Of a DNA stretch of 64,000 bases, positions 1 through 9,760 are shown piece after piece. Source of the stretch: Bacillota bacterium. Its GTDB lineage: Bacteria; Bacillota; Sulfobacillia; RBS10-35; JAJYVN01. Each line of letters starts with the position of its first letter. Position 1 is the stretch's first letter. Position numbers and translations under genes: made by a program. The notes below the pieces were generated by a model, which was given only the letters and a program-made list of their open reading frames with translations, had not been told where the DNA came from and did no database searches. The DNA is taken from assembly GCA_021806565.1 (NCBI GenBank), contig JAJZXK010000002.1, positions 17,575 through 81,574 of the forward strand, given 5' to 3'.

Positions 1-202
1 TGCACATCCTCTTCGACCGGGGATACGTCACGGTGGACGAGGATTACCGGTTCGTGGTGAGCCCGCGTCTCGAAGCCGAGTACCATAACGGTCGCGACTA
101 CTACGCGCGAACCGGCCACCGGATTCTTTTACCCGACGCTGCCGCCCAACACCCCTCGCCCGAACTGCTCGCCTGGCACCGCGAGCACGTATTTGTGGCG
201 TG
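1..202 (+). CDS. 3-prime fragment of an HNH-type endonuclease domain protein, truncated by the window edge
   Basis: Frame 2 reads ...HILFDRGYVTVDEDYRFVVSPRLEAEYHNGRDYYARTGHRILLPDAAAQHPSPELLAWHREHVFVA and stops at 200-202. The H..LFDRG motif followed by a tail is typical of the HNH nuclease C-terminus. The N-terminus lies outside the window. Confidence 0.35.
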
Positions 203-921
203 AGCTCGCGCTACCGACCCGGGGCTGGTCCCCGGCCGAGGTGCCGGGTGCCCTGCACGTCCATCCACTGCTTGTTCCACCTGGTCCCTCTCTCCGCCCA
301 CCGGGTTGCATCCTCTCCCACATGCTCTTCCCGCCCTCAGGAGTGTCGATCTAGTGTCTTCGCCTGTCTCATCCCATTGTGGCAGAGAGGGCCCTGCGTC
401 TCTCGGCGTCGCGGGCGGCAGTGGGGCGGTCACCGCAGGGGGCATGGGCCTGGTGGGCAGATCGGTGCTCCGTCCGGTTGTGGGGAAGGCCGGGTGGCCG
501 GGGGGGCGCCTCTGGGCATGACCGGGTGGGAATCGCTCGGTTCGGCCGCAGCACCGGCCGGCGGAGGTCCGCCGCGGTCCCTATCCCCCTATCACTGGGA
601 CGGCCGCCGCGCACATCCCGGTATACAGCCCTCTTGCGCCAGCAGGTCGTCACGGATGCCCGCTTCCGCCAACCGGCCGCCGCCGAGTCCAGGGATGCGG
701 TCCGCCAAGTGCGCACGGCCCGGGCGGTGGCTGACAAGACAGCCATGCGCCCTGCCGCCAAGGGTCTGGGGGGTGGGCATGCCTCACGCCCCGCGGTGCG
801 GCCCGGATGGGCTGCGGTCCGCCGGTCGGAACGGGTGAACCTCCACGGTCTGGCCGCCTTCCGACGGCGTTGGCGCGGGCTGGCGATGCGGCGCGCGTAG
901 CCGTCCCAGCTTGGTGCCGCT

Positions 922-2700
922 TCATTCACCGGTACGACCCGCCGCTTCCGGGGGGGCTGGCCGATACCACGACGCCTGGGCGGTCCACATGCGCGCATAC
1001 AGCCCGCCCCGCTCCATCAGCGCTTCGTGCGTGCCCTCCTCCACGACGCGCCCTTCATCCAGGACCAGGATCCGGTCGGCCGCGCGCGCGATTCCGAGCC
1101 GGTGGGAGACGACCACTGCCGCGTGACTCCGGCCAAGAGCGAGCAGCCTGCGCACGATGTCCACCTCCGCCAGCGGATCGATGGCGGAGGTCGGTTCGTC
1201 CAGCACGACCAGACCCGCACCGGGCAATACGCCCCGCGCCACGGCGAGGCGCAGCCACTGGCCCCCGGAGAGGTCCGGCCCGCCGAAGTCGCTCCCGACC
1301 CAGGCGTCCAGGCCGCCCTCCAACTCGGAGCCGGCCCGACGCAGCGCGCCGTGGAGGGATGCGTCGTCTTCCCGCCGCGCCAGATCGCCGAATCCCACGT
1401 TGTCTCGCACCGGCAGGGTGTAGCGGGCGAAATCCTGGAGTACGGCGGTCGCCGGGCGCCTGCCGCGGGGACCGCCCCGAATCGTGCCGGCTGTCGGCTG
1501 GTAGAGCCCGAGCAGTAGCGCGGCGAGGGTGCTTTTTCCCGCCCCGTTTGGGCCGACCAGGGCCACGACCGCACCCGGCTCCACGCGCGCGGAAACACCC
1601 CTGAGGGCCTCTTCGACCGCCGTCGGATAGCGGAAGTGAACGTCTTCGGCCTCCGCGGAGACCGCGGCCGGCGGCTCGACGGCCGGTCCGTCGGCATCCT
1701 GCGCCCGGTCGGGCTCGACTGGCTCCGACAGCATGGCCGCCACATCGTCGAGCACGGTGGCGTGTTCGTGCATCGATCCCGCTCGATAGAGCAGACCGGC
1801 CACGCAAGACTGCAGTCCCGTCACCGCCTGGAGCATGCCGGCGAACACGCCCGCCAGGTCCGGTCTCCCGGCGACGTGCACTGCGATGACGGCCAGCGTT
1901 GCGGCCAGGCCGGAGATGTTGCCGAACTCCGCGAACGCGTTCCACCGCAGCCGCAGCGAGGATGCCCGCCGGTCCTCCGCCGTCCAGTCCTGGTAGGCCT
2001 GGCGCCACCGCGCACGCAGCCAGGGGGCGAGACCCAGTAGGCGCACCTCGGCGGCGGGCGACCGCGTGGTCATGAGGGCGCCCAGGGCATCCCCGACGCG
2101 TCGCGGCCGGGCCACCCTTTCGTTGTGTGCCCGCTCGGCCGCGACCACCTGCGAGCGGGAGATGACAAGCGGAATCGACGCGACCAGCAGTACGGCGACC
2201 AGGGCGAACCCGCCGCCGAGCACCAGCACGGCAGCGACCAGGCTGAGTAGGCGCACCGCCAGGTTGGTCAGTGAGAGCGCGTCGTTCACCCAGTCCCGCA
2301 ACCGGTCTCCAAGGGTGCCCCTGGCGCGCGCCAACCGGTCGTTGAACGCGGGGTCCAGAAAGCGCGCCAGCGGTACGGCCGCGGCCCGCTCCATCACCAG
2401 GGCCTGTGCGTGGAGGATCGCCGTGTTGGAAACCCAGGTGTCCGTGACCTCGCGGAAGGAGTTGGTGCCGAGTTCCACCACCACGACGCCGATGAGGGCG
2501 GCGGTCCAGGGCAGCGCGGGCGCGTGGCCCGTCAGACCGTCGACCAACCCCGCCACCGTGATGCTGTAGAGACCGGCGGTGCACCCGTTGAGGACCATTA
2601 CCCCCGCGGCCGCGAGCACCGGAAGCGGCGCACCCTGAAAGACGCGGCGGGTGAGGCCGACCGTGCGCCACCACGCCCCGCCCCTGCGTACCTGGATCAC
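922..2700 (-). CDS. ABC exporter, fused permease plus ATPase (type I exporter); downstream member of a pair
   Basis: TM segments (LPVLAAAGVMVLNGCTAGLYSITVAGLV...) are followed by a Walker A (GPNGAGKST), an ABC signature (LSGGQWLRLAVAR) and a Walker B (LVVLDEPTS). The GTG start at 2698-2700 overlaps the TGA of the upstream ABC gene, giving a GTGA junction. Confidence 0.8.
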   Translation of the reverse strand: MIQVRRGGAWWRTVGLTRRVFQGAPLPVLAAAGVMVLNGCTAGLYSITVAGLVDGLTGHAPALPWTAALIGVVVVELGTNSFREVTDTWVSNTAILHAQALVMERAAAVPLARFLDPAFNDRLARARGTLGDRLRDWVNDALSLTNLAVRLLSLVAAVLVLGGGFALVAVLLVASIPLVISRSQVVAAERAHNERVARPRRVGDALGALMTTRSPAAEVRLLGLAPWLRARWRQAYQDWTAEDRRASSLRLRWNAFAEFGNISGLAATLAVIAVHVAGRPDLAGVFAGMLQAVTGLQSCVAGLLYRAGSMHEHATVLDDVAAMLSEPVEPDRAQDADGPAVEPPAAVSAEAEDVHFRYPTAVEEALRGVSARVEPGAVVALVGPNGAGKSTLAALLLGLYQPTAGTIRGGPRGRRPATAVLQDFARYTLPVRDNVGFGDLARREDDASLHGALRRAGSELEGGLDAWVGSDFGGPDLSGGQWLRLAVARGVLPGAGLVVLDEPTSAIDPLAEVDIVRRLLALGRSHAAVVVSHRLGIARAADRILVLDEGRVVEEGTHEALMERGGLYARMWTAQASWYRPAPPEAAGRTGE

Positions 2701-4535
2701 CGGTACCACTCCGCCTGGGATTCGAACATGCGCGCGAACAGGCCCCCGGCGGCCAGGAGTTGTTGCGGCGGCCCCTGCTCCACCAGGCGGCCCCGGTCGA
2801 GCACGAGGACCCGGTCCGCCAGCCGCGTCGGACCGAGCCGGTGCGAGATGAGGATGGCCGTACGTCCGGCGGCCAGGCTGGCAAAGCGCTCGAAGAGGGC
2901 CAACTCGGCCAGCGGATCCAGCGCCGCGGTGGGTTCGTCGAACACGATCCACTCGGCCTCCGAACGGAAGAGGCCGCGGGCGATGGACAGCCGCTGCCAC
3001 TGCCCACCCGAAAGATCGGTCCCGCCGAACTCCGGTCCGAGGAGGCGCTCTGTGCCGCCGCCGGCCGGCGCGGCGAGGTCCGGGAGATCCACGAGCTCCA
3101 ATACCCGCCGTACCGCGGTGGCGGGATCCCCCCCGGCCGCCGCCCCCGCGGCGACGTTCTCGCGCACGCTGGCGGGAAGGCGCAGCGGCTGTTGAAACAC
3201 GCCGGCACAGCGATCGCGGATGTCGGCCAGAGGCAGTTGGGCGAGATCTGTGCCGTCCATCACGATCCGTCCCGCGGTGGGGCGGCGCAGACCGAGCAGC
3301 AACGCGGCGAGCGTGCTTTTTCCCGCCCCGTTCGGGCCGACCAGGGCGACGATCTCCCCGGCGCCGATCTCCGCGGAGACACCCGCCAGGGCGTCAGCGG
3401 ACGTCCCCGGATAGCGATAGCACACATCCTCTAAGCGGATGGCGCCGCGCGCGGCACCGGGCGCGCGTGTGTCCGTGGTGGCGCGTACGTCGGAGGTCGT
3501 GCGCGCGGCGGGCGTTCCGTCTTCCACGGGCAGGCCGTCGAGCAGGCCGCGGAGGTCCCGCGCGTAGCCGGCGTGCTGGACGAACTCCCGCCCGCTGAAG
3601 GCGAGGCCTGCGAGGGTGTTGACCAGCCCGCCGATGGCGGTCAGCACGAGGGCGGCTGAGCCCGGGTCCACGCGGTGGCGCACGACGACTACCGCCAGCA
3701 GCGACCCGGCGAGGACGGCCGTGAAGCCGGCGTTGGAGGCGGCGCCGGCGATCGCGTTGCGCAACAGCAAGCGGGCGCGGTCGCCCATGTATGAAGAAAG
3801 GCCGTTGCGCCAGCGGGTGAGCAGTTCGGCCCTGAGCCCGAAGAGGCGGACCTCGGCCGCGTGCTGCCGTGTGGTGAGCAGGTCCGCGTAGTAGTCCGCC
3901 AGCCTGCGGTCGCGGGTCCGGAGGGTCTCCAGCGCCCGGACTCGCGCGCCCGAGCGCATCAACTGCCAGCAGAGCAGTGCGGTCGCGACCGCCAACGCGG
4001 CTGGGAGCCAGGACGCGATCAGGGCCGCCGCGGCGGCGTACGCCACGGTCTCCGGGAGGGTGCGCAACAGCTTCAGCGATTCACCGACGAGTTCCGGACC
4101 GCGGCTGTCGGCGCCCTCCGCGACACGCCGTATGAGATCATGGGTCTGCTCGCTGTCGAAGGCCTCCAGCGGCAACCGCAGGGTCTTTTCCTGGGCCAAG
4201 TTCTGCAGATGGCCGCCGGCCGCGATGCGCAGGGCCTCCCGCGCATACGCCTCCAGGGGATCGGCCAGACGGCCCGCGGCGAAGATCACGGCCAGCGCGA
4301 CCAGCCACGCGCCGGCCTGTGCGGGCCGGGTGCCCGCCAGGGCGTTGACCGCTCCGTGGATGGCGAACAGGTTGGCCGCCACCTGCGCGGCGCGCAGACC
4401 GGTGAGCAGTGCCCAGGCGGTGAGGGGTACAGGTGCGGCGCGCGCCACGTGGCGCATCAGCCAGGGGAGGTCGCGGAGCGGCGAAGCCCGCTGCCCCAGC
4501 GCCGCGGCGCTCTCCAAGACCGCATCACCGCCCAA
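2697..4535 (-). CDS. ABC exporter, fused permease plus ATPase; upstream member of the pair
   Basis: The N-terminus is hydrophobic and the C-terminus carries GPNGAGKST, LSGGQWQRLSIARGL and IVFDEPTAALD. Its 3-prime end overlaps the next ABC gene by 4 bp, which fits a heterodimeric exporter. Confidence 0.8.
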   Translation of the reverse strand: MGGDAVLESAAALGQRASPLRDLPWLMRHVARAAPVPLTAWALLTGLRAAQVAANLFAIHGAVNALAGTRPAQAGAWLVALAVIFAAGRLADPLEAYAREALRIAAGGHLQNLAQEKTLRLPLEAFDSEQTHDLIRRVAEGADSRGPELVGESLKLLRTLPETVAYAAAAALIASWLPAALAVATALLCWQLMRSGARVRALETLRTRDRRLADYYADLLTTRQHAAEVRLFGLRAELLTRWRNGLSSYMGDRARLLLRNAIAGAASNAGFTAVLAGSLLAVVVVRHRVDPGSAALVLTAIGGLVNTLAGLAFSGREFVQHAGYARDLRGLLDGLPVEDGTPAARTTSDVRATTDTRAPGAARGAIRLEDVCYRYPGTSADALAGVSAEIGAGEIVALVGPNGAGKSTLAALLLGLRRPTAGRIVMDGTDLAQLPLADIRDRCAGVFQQPLRLPASVRENVAAGAAAGGDPATAVRRVLELVDLPDLAAPAGGGTERLLGPEFGGTDLSGGQWQRLSIARGLFRSEAEWIVFDEPTAALDPLAELALFERFASLAAGRTAILISHRLGPTRLADRVLVLDRGRLVEQGPPQQLLAAGGLFARMFESQAEWYR

Positions 4536-5181
4536 CGGGGGCTATCCGCCCGACCTGACGCGGCGACGGCAGGCCGCTCTGCCGCCCAGAGCTGCAGGCG
4601 TGCCGCACCTGCGCACTGCGGGTGAGGACCAGTTTTTTCTCCGGACTGGGCGGCCCTTCCTGCGGAGTCGCCGCCCGCCGCCCATCCCGGCCAGACGCCG
4701 GCCGCGGTGGTGAGCGATCGCTTTCAGGCGGAGGGAGGACCGCGTCGAGGGCCGCGAGCATCGTGCCCCGGCCCCGGGCTGTGCGGTCGGCGAAGCCCGC
4801 CCAGTTCGGATGCGGTTCGTGGGTCAGCGTCCGTTCACAGCCGGACGCTACCGGCAGCATGTCGACCAGGACGCGCGCGCTGTCAGACGAGTGTGACCGC
4901 ACAACCCAGGCGAAGGCGGGGCGGCGTGGGCGCTCGACCTCCAGATACTGCCCGGCGTGGCCGTGGTCCACCTCGTCGCCCTGTCAGCGCACCACGAAGG
5001 AGAACCAGCCGCCCTCCCGGGCGTCGACCACCAAGCGCACGATCGCTTCGTCCTGCACGGGGGGTCCGAACATCCAGCCGCCCGTAAGCCCTGGGTCCAG
5101 CCAGGCATCGAACCCCCGCTGCGGCGGGGCCGTGAAGCGGCGGCTGACGTGTACGCCGGCGGGCCGCGGGTCGATGCCCAT
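4525..5181 (-). pseudogene. SRPBCC / AHSA1 (Aha1-like) family gene interrupted by a frameshift near 4975
   Basis: The ORF 4984-5181 reads MGIDPRPAGVHVSRRFTAPPQRGFDAWLDPGLTGGWMFGP...DAREGGWFSFVV, an AHSA1-like N-terminal half. It continues in another frame (4525-4971) as ...GQYLEVERPRRPAFAWVV...VLVDMLPVASGCERTLTHE...GWAGFADRTARG. A ribosome-binding site (AAGGGGGA) precedes the ATG at 5181. Confidence 0.45.
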
Positions 5182-5561
5182 CGCGATCCCCCTTTCGGAT
5201 CGGCCGTGCGGGGCTGATCCGGGCCGTTCAGGGCGTGGGCGGAGCTTCCATGCACGCGCCGCGCGGCGGCCCCTCAAGTGGCTTCAGGTTAGGGGAAAGC
5301 AGGTGTTCCCGGCGCACGGGCTTTGGCCCCCGCCGTAGCTTTGAGGCGCGGCGGGACCCCGGTGCGGCGCGGCTGCGTCCGCATATCGCTGGATGCCGAC
5401 GAACGCAGCCGCGCCTCGGTGGTCGGCGTCAAAGGGCGCCCCACAACGGCCCTTCCAAGACGCGACGGGTGCGATTTCACCGGACGGTTGCACTCTCCGC
5501 CATGGCCCCCACGCCCAGGTGGGATCGCGGGGCTCCGGGTGGGCGGGACGGCTGCGGCACG

Positions 5562-7034
5562 TCAGCTACGCACCCAGGAGCGGTGCATCAACTCGCCGTA
5601 GCCACCGGAGAGCACATTCCGGTCCCATTCGGTCTCGATCATCCAGTCCAGCAGGCGATGGCGCAGTTCCGCGATCGTAGCGGCGTTGGCCGGGTCCGGC
5701 GCCAGGTCGTGCCGTTCGCCCGGGTCGGCCCGCAGGTCATACAGTTCCTCGATGCCCAGGCGGGCGTGGTACAGATACTTGTACCGCTCGGTGCGCACCG
5801 CTTTGATCTCGCGCGTCTCCGAGAACACCGCGTCGCGCCAGGGCTTGGCGTCCTGCTGTCCCTGCGACCCGGTAAGCAGGGGCGCCAGATCCCGGCCCTG
5901 GACGGACGGCGGCGTCGCGGCGCCGGCGGCCGCCGCTACGGTCGGCAGCAGGTCGACCAGCGAGACGAGGTCGTCGCAGATGACGCCCTCGCGGCAGCCG
6001 GGGCCCGCCGCGATCATCGGCACCCGGGCCAGGGCGTCGTAGGGGACGCTGGGGGACTTGAGAATCAGCCCGTAGTCCCCCATGTAGTCGCCGTGGTCGC
6101 TGGTGAAGACCACCAGGGTGTTTTCCAGTTGGCCGAGTTCCTGGAGTGTGGCCAGGATGCGGCCGACGTGGTGGTCGATGTGGCTGATGGTGGCGTAATA
6201 GAGGGCGGCCACCCGGGCGAACGCCTCGCCCGTGAGGTTTCGCAGGTCGAAGTAGGCGCGGCGGGGGTCGCGCCGGCCGCCCGCGGTCATCAGCGGTTTG
6301 GCCAGGGCCTCGGCCGGGTCGCCCAGGGGCGGCACATCGGCCGGATCATAGAGCGCGTCCCATGGCCGCGGCGGGTCGAAGGGGTGGTGTGGCTTGATGA
6401 ACGAGGTCCAGGCGAAAAAGGGCTGGTCGGGCCGGTCGGCCGAGCGCTTCCTGAGCCAGGCGATGGTTTCCTGTGCGATCCAACTGGTGTGGTAGTGCTC
6501 CTCCGGCAGCTCGGACGGGCGCGCGCCGAAGCCCTCCCAGTATTCCGGCGGGGCCTGGTCGCGATAGGGCTGGTGCTGGTCCCAGAGGTCCCACTGGTCG
6601 ATCAGCCCGCGCTGGGCGAGGTAGTCGCTGTGGTAGTCGTCGACCTTCCAGCCCGCGCCCGCCTGCTCCGCCAGGCGCATGTGCTCAAAACCCATGCTGG
6701 TGCGCGGCGGCCAGAAATGCATCTTGCCGAAGGCCGCCGTACCGTAGCCGGAGCCCCGGGCCAGCGAGGCGATGGTCGGCTGGCCCGGAGGGATCATGGC
6801 GCCGTTGCCCATGGCCCCGTGCGCGTGCGCATACTGCCCGCTCATGACAGACAGCCGCGCCGGCACGCAGACCGGGTAGGGTGTGTAGGTGTTGGTGAAG
6901 CGGACCCCGCGCGCCGCGAGCGCGTCCAGGTGCGGGGTGCGCACCAACGGGTGGCCCGCCACTCCGAGGCAGTCGTGGCGCATCTCGTCGGCCGTGATCA
7001 AAAGTACGTTGGGACGACGGTCCGCGCTGCCCAT
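5562..7034 (-). CDS. Cys-type sulfatase (arylsulfatase family)
   Basis: The sequence NVLLITADEMRHDCLG...YTPYPVCVPARLSVMSGQYAHAHG contains the C-X-P-X-R formylglycine motif. The ATG at 7034 follows AAGGAGG. The long upstream extension of the 850-aa ORF is not taken as coding. Confidence 0.85.
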   Translation of the reverse strand: MGSADRRPNVLLITADEMRHDCLGVAGHPLVRTPHLDALAARGVRFTNTYTPYPVCVPARLSVMSGQYAHAHGAMGNGAMIPPGQPTIASLARGSGYGTAAFGKMHFWPPRTSMGFEHMRLAEQAGAGWKVDDYHSDYLAQRGLIDQWDLWDQHQPYRDQAPPEYWEGFGARPSELPEEHYHTSWIAQETIAWLRKRSADRPDQPFFAWTSFIKPHHPFDPPRPWDALYDPADVPPLGDPAEALAKPLMTAGGRRDPRRAYFDLRNLTGEAFARVAALYYATISHIDHHVGRILATLQELGQLENTLVVFTSDHGDYMGDYGLILKSPSVPYDALARVPMIAAGPGCREGVICDDLVSLVDLLPTVAAAAGAATPPSVQGRDLAPLLTGSQGQQDAKPWRDAVFSETREIKAVRTERYKYLYHARLGIEELYDLRADPGERHDLAPDPANAATIAELRHRLLDWMIETEWDRNVLSGGYGELMHRSWVRS

Positions 7035-7159
7035 CCGCAACCCATCCTCCTTGTTCCGCCGGTCCGGGTCGCCCCGGGTCTTCTCCGTCGCTTCTCCACG
7101 CTTACCTTGGTCTCGCCGTTTTCGTCGCTCGGGTCGCGGGCCTCCCGGCCGCTGGGACG

Positions 7160-8539
7160 TTAGGCTCGATCCACGGCCGGCAGTTCCTTCAGCGCCTGGT
7201 CGATGGCCGCGGTCGGCAGCTCGAAGTCCTGCAGGGCACCGGACAGGTATTGCTCGTAGGCCGCGAGGTCGAAGTGGCCGTGCCCGCTCAGCCCGAACAG
7301 GATGGTGCGGGCGGCGCCGTCGCGCTTGGCCGCCAGGGCCTCTTCCACCGCGCCCTTGATGGCGTGGGCAGACTCCGGGGCCGGGATGATGCCCTCGCTG
7401 CGCGCGAACTGGACGGCGGCGCTGAAGACCCCCACCTGCCCGTAGGCCTGGGCCTCGACGAGCCCGTCGGCCACCAGCTTGGAGACCAGTGGTGAGTCGC
7501 CGTGGTAGCGCAGCCCGCCGGCGTGGATCCCCGGCGGCACGAAGCCGTGGCCCAAGGTAAACATCTTCATCAGCGGGGTGAAGCCGCTGGCGTCGCCGAA
7601 GTCGTAGGCGTAGATGCCGCGGGTGAGCGTGGGACACGCCGCCGGCTCCACGGCCACGAAGCGGGTCTCCTTCGGGGCGTTGCCCGTGAGGCGCTCGCCG
7701 AGGAACGGAAAGGCCAGCCCGGCGAAGTTGCTGCCGCCGCCGCAGGAGGCGACGACCACGTCGGGGTAGTCGCCGGCCAGATCGAACTGCTTGCGCGCCT
7801 CCTGGCCGATCACCGTCTGGTGGAGCAGCACGTGGTTGAGCACCGAGCCGAGGCTGTAGTTGGTGTCCTTGCGGGAGGCCGCCTCCTCCACCGCCTCGCT
7901 GATGGCGATCCCGAGGGACCCGGGGGAGTCGGGGTCCCGGTCCAGGGTGCCGCGGCCCGACGCGGTCAGCGTGGAGGGGCTCGCGACCACCTCGGCGCCC
8001 CAGGTTTCCATCATCAGGCGGCGGTAGGGCTTCTGTCCGTAGGAGACCCGCACCATATACACCCGGATGTCCAGATCGAACGACCGGGCGGCGAAGGCCA
8101 GGGCGCTGCCCCACTGGCCGGCCCCGGTCTCCGTGGTGAGGCGGCCGATCCCGGCCCTGCGGTTGTAGTAGGCCTGGGGCACGGCCGTGTTCGGCTTGTG
8201 CGAGCCGGCCGGGCTGACCCCTTCATACTTGTAGTAGATGTGCGCGGGCGTCTCCAGTGCCCGCTCGAGCCGCCGCGCCCGATAGAGCGGCGTCGGCCGC
8301 CAGAGGCGGTAGATGTCGAGCACCGGCTCCGGGATGGCGATGTGGCGCTCGGAGCTGACTTCCTGTTCGACCAGGTCGGGAGGGAAGATCGCCAGCAGGT
8401 CCTGCGGGTCGGGCGGGCGGCCGGTCGCCGGATGCAGCGGCGGCGGGGGCGGCGACGGCATGTCCGCCACCACGTTGTACCAGCGCGTCGGGATGTCGGC
8501 CTCTGAAAGCTCGAACCGGGTGGCGCCACCAATGGACAC
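7160..8539 (-). CDS. trpB2: Tryptophan synthase beta-like PLP enzyme (TrpB2 family)
   Basis: The sequence includes ...[13 protein letters not shown]...[24 protein letters not shown]...[16 protein letters not shown]...[13 protein letters not shown], which are TrpB2 signatures. A GTG start at 8539 after GGGGGA is likely. Confidence 0.8.
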   Translation of the reverse strand: MSIGGATRFELSEADIPTRWYNVVADMPSPPPPPLHPATGRPPDPQDLLAIFPPDLVEQEVSSERHIAIPEPVLDIYRLWRPTPLYRARRLERALETPAHIYYKYEGVSPAGSHKPNTAVPQAYYNRRAGIGRLTTETGAGQWGSALAFAARSFDLDIRVYMVRVSYGQKPYRRLMMETWGAEVVASPSTLTASGRGTLDRDPDSPGSLGIAISEAVEEAASRKDTNYSLGSVLNHVLLHQTVIGQEARKQFDLAGDYPDVVVASCGGGSNFAGLAFPFLGERLTGNAPKETRFVAVEPAACPTLTRGIYAYDFGDASGFTPLMKMFTLGHGFVPPGIHAGGLRYHGDSPLVSKLVADGLVEAQAYGQVGVFSAAVQFARSEGIIPAPESAHAIKGAVEEALAAKRDGAARTILFGLSGHGHFDLAAYEQYLSGALQDFELPTAAIDQALKELPAVDRA

Positions 8540-8631
8540 GATTGGTCCCCCCCGCCGTTTCGACCTGCAACGCACCTCGCACGCCTTCGCCCCGGCCGGC
8601 GGCATCCCTGTGCGTCGTGTACGGCGGGTCA

Positions 8632-8658
8632 CGGGGGCCGGTGTGGCACCCGGCCCCC
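8632..8658 (-). terminator. GC-rich hairpin downstream of the Gfo/Idh/MocA gene
   Basis: GGGGGCCGG-tgtggcac-CCGGCCCCC forms a 9-bp perfect stem. There is no U tract, as is common in GC-rich genomes. Confidence 0.3.
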
Positions 8659-8665
8659 GCCCCGG

Positions 8666-9694
8666 CTATTCGAGTTCGGCGAGGGTGACGCGCCGGCCCT
8701 CCTCGAAGGAACGGACCATCGCCGCCATGACCGCGATCGTATCCGCCCCCTGGGTCAGGGTGCAGGCGCGCGGCCGCCGGCGGTCGGCCCGGCCGGCCAC
8801 CAGGTCGGCGAAGTGCTCAAGCAGGGCGATGGTGTCCTGCTGGTAGCCGGTCTGGGGCGTCTCCACCGTCCGCTCGTCCAGACCCTCGGGCGCGCGCGGG
8901 CCCGGCTCGCGGATGCCCGCGTGCCGCGCGACGCGCAGGGTGCGGCGGTCCGTCGTGCTGACCACGCCGTGCGTCCCGATGAACTCCACCAGATTGGGGG
9001 CGCGGGTCGCGCCGAACATGCTGCTCTGGATGAAGGCGCAGCGGCTGCGGTCGTCAAAGTCGATCAGGATGCTGGCGAACTCGATGGTCTCGTCCCCGGT
9101 GATGGTGCCGCGCCGCACGTGCGCCATCACACCCTCCGGCCGGCCGCCCATCGCCCACAGCGCGAGGTGGACCGTGTGGGTGGTGTCGTCCATGATGCCG
9201 CCGTAGTGGTCCGGGAAGAAGAACTGGCGCATCAGCGGCACGCGGTGCGCCGTCAGCAGCGCCTGGACCGGACGGATGTGCGGCAGCTCCTCGGCGAGCG
9301 CGGCGGCGAACGGGGTGACGCGGAACTGATAGCCGACGACGCCGACGACCCCCGCGCGTTCGGCCTCCTGCGCCAGCTGGCGGCCGGCCGCCGGGGCGTC
9401 GGCGAGGGGCTTTTCCACGAAGACGTGCTTTCCGGCCCGCACGGCGGCGAGGGCCACCGGGACGTGGTAGCGCGCCGAGGTCGCCACCACCACCGACTGC
9501 AGGTCGTCCCGGCGAAGCAGCCGCTCGAGGTCGGCCTCGCCGGGCGCCCCGAACTTTTCAGAGGCCGCCGCGAGGCGCTGGGGGTCCACATCGCAGACCG
9601 CTGTCAAATCGAAGTGGTCGGATTCCTTGAGCGCGGGGCCGAGCCAGTCCATCCCGCGGGGCCCGCAGCCGACCAGGGCCGTGGTCACCGGCAT
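8666..9694 (-). CDS. Gfo/Idh/MocA family NAD(P)-dependent oxidoreductase
   Basis: MPVTTALVGCGPRGM...VVVATSARYHVPVALAAVRAGKHVFVEKPLA... is a Rossmann N-terminus with the EKP motif. Confidence 0.85.
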   Translation of the reverse strand: MPVTTALVGCGPRGMDWLGPALKESDHFDLTAVCDVDPQRLAAASEKFGAPGEADLERLLRRDDLQSVVVATSARYHVPVALAAVRAGKHVFVEKPLADAPAAGRQLAQEAERAGVVGVVGYQFRVTPFAAALAEELPHIRPVQALLTAHRVPLMRQFFFPDHYGGIMDDTTHTVHLALWAMGGRPEGVMAHVRRGTITGDETIEFASILIDFDDRSRCAFIQSSMFGATRAPNLVEFIGTHGVVSTTDRRTLRVARHAGIREPGPRAPEGLDERTVETPQTGYQQDTIALLEHFADLVAGRADRRRPRACTLTQGADTIAVMAAMVRSFEEGRRVTLAELE

Positions 9695-9760
9695 CCTTGC
9701 GCCTCCGTCCTGCGTGTCGCCGCGCCGGGCCCGCGGGCCCGGGCGGCGTCGGGGGAGGGG

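Noticed and set aside
200-920. Several overlapping ORFs (200-838 plus, 379-900 plus, 369-998 minus) in the interval between the HNH fragment and the first ABC gene.
   Set aside because: All are Arg/Pro/Gly-rich with no motif. I cannot tell which, if any, is real. The interval may hold a gene I do not recognise, so it is left unannotated.
1055-3208. 717-aa ORF, one of many long Arg/Gly/Pro-rich ORFs antisense to real genes. Others include 5235-7163, 10637-11974, 12652-13977, 25623-27416, 38575-40914, 42789-44378 and 51826-53960.
   Set aside because: At this GC content stop codons are rare on all frames. These ORFs overlap well-supported genes on the opposite strand. Their translations are low-complexity and have no recognisable motifs.
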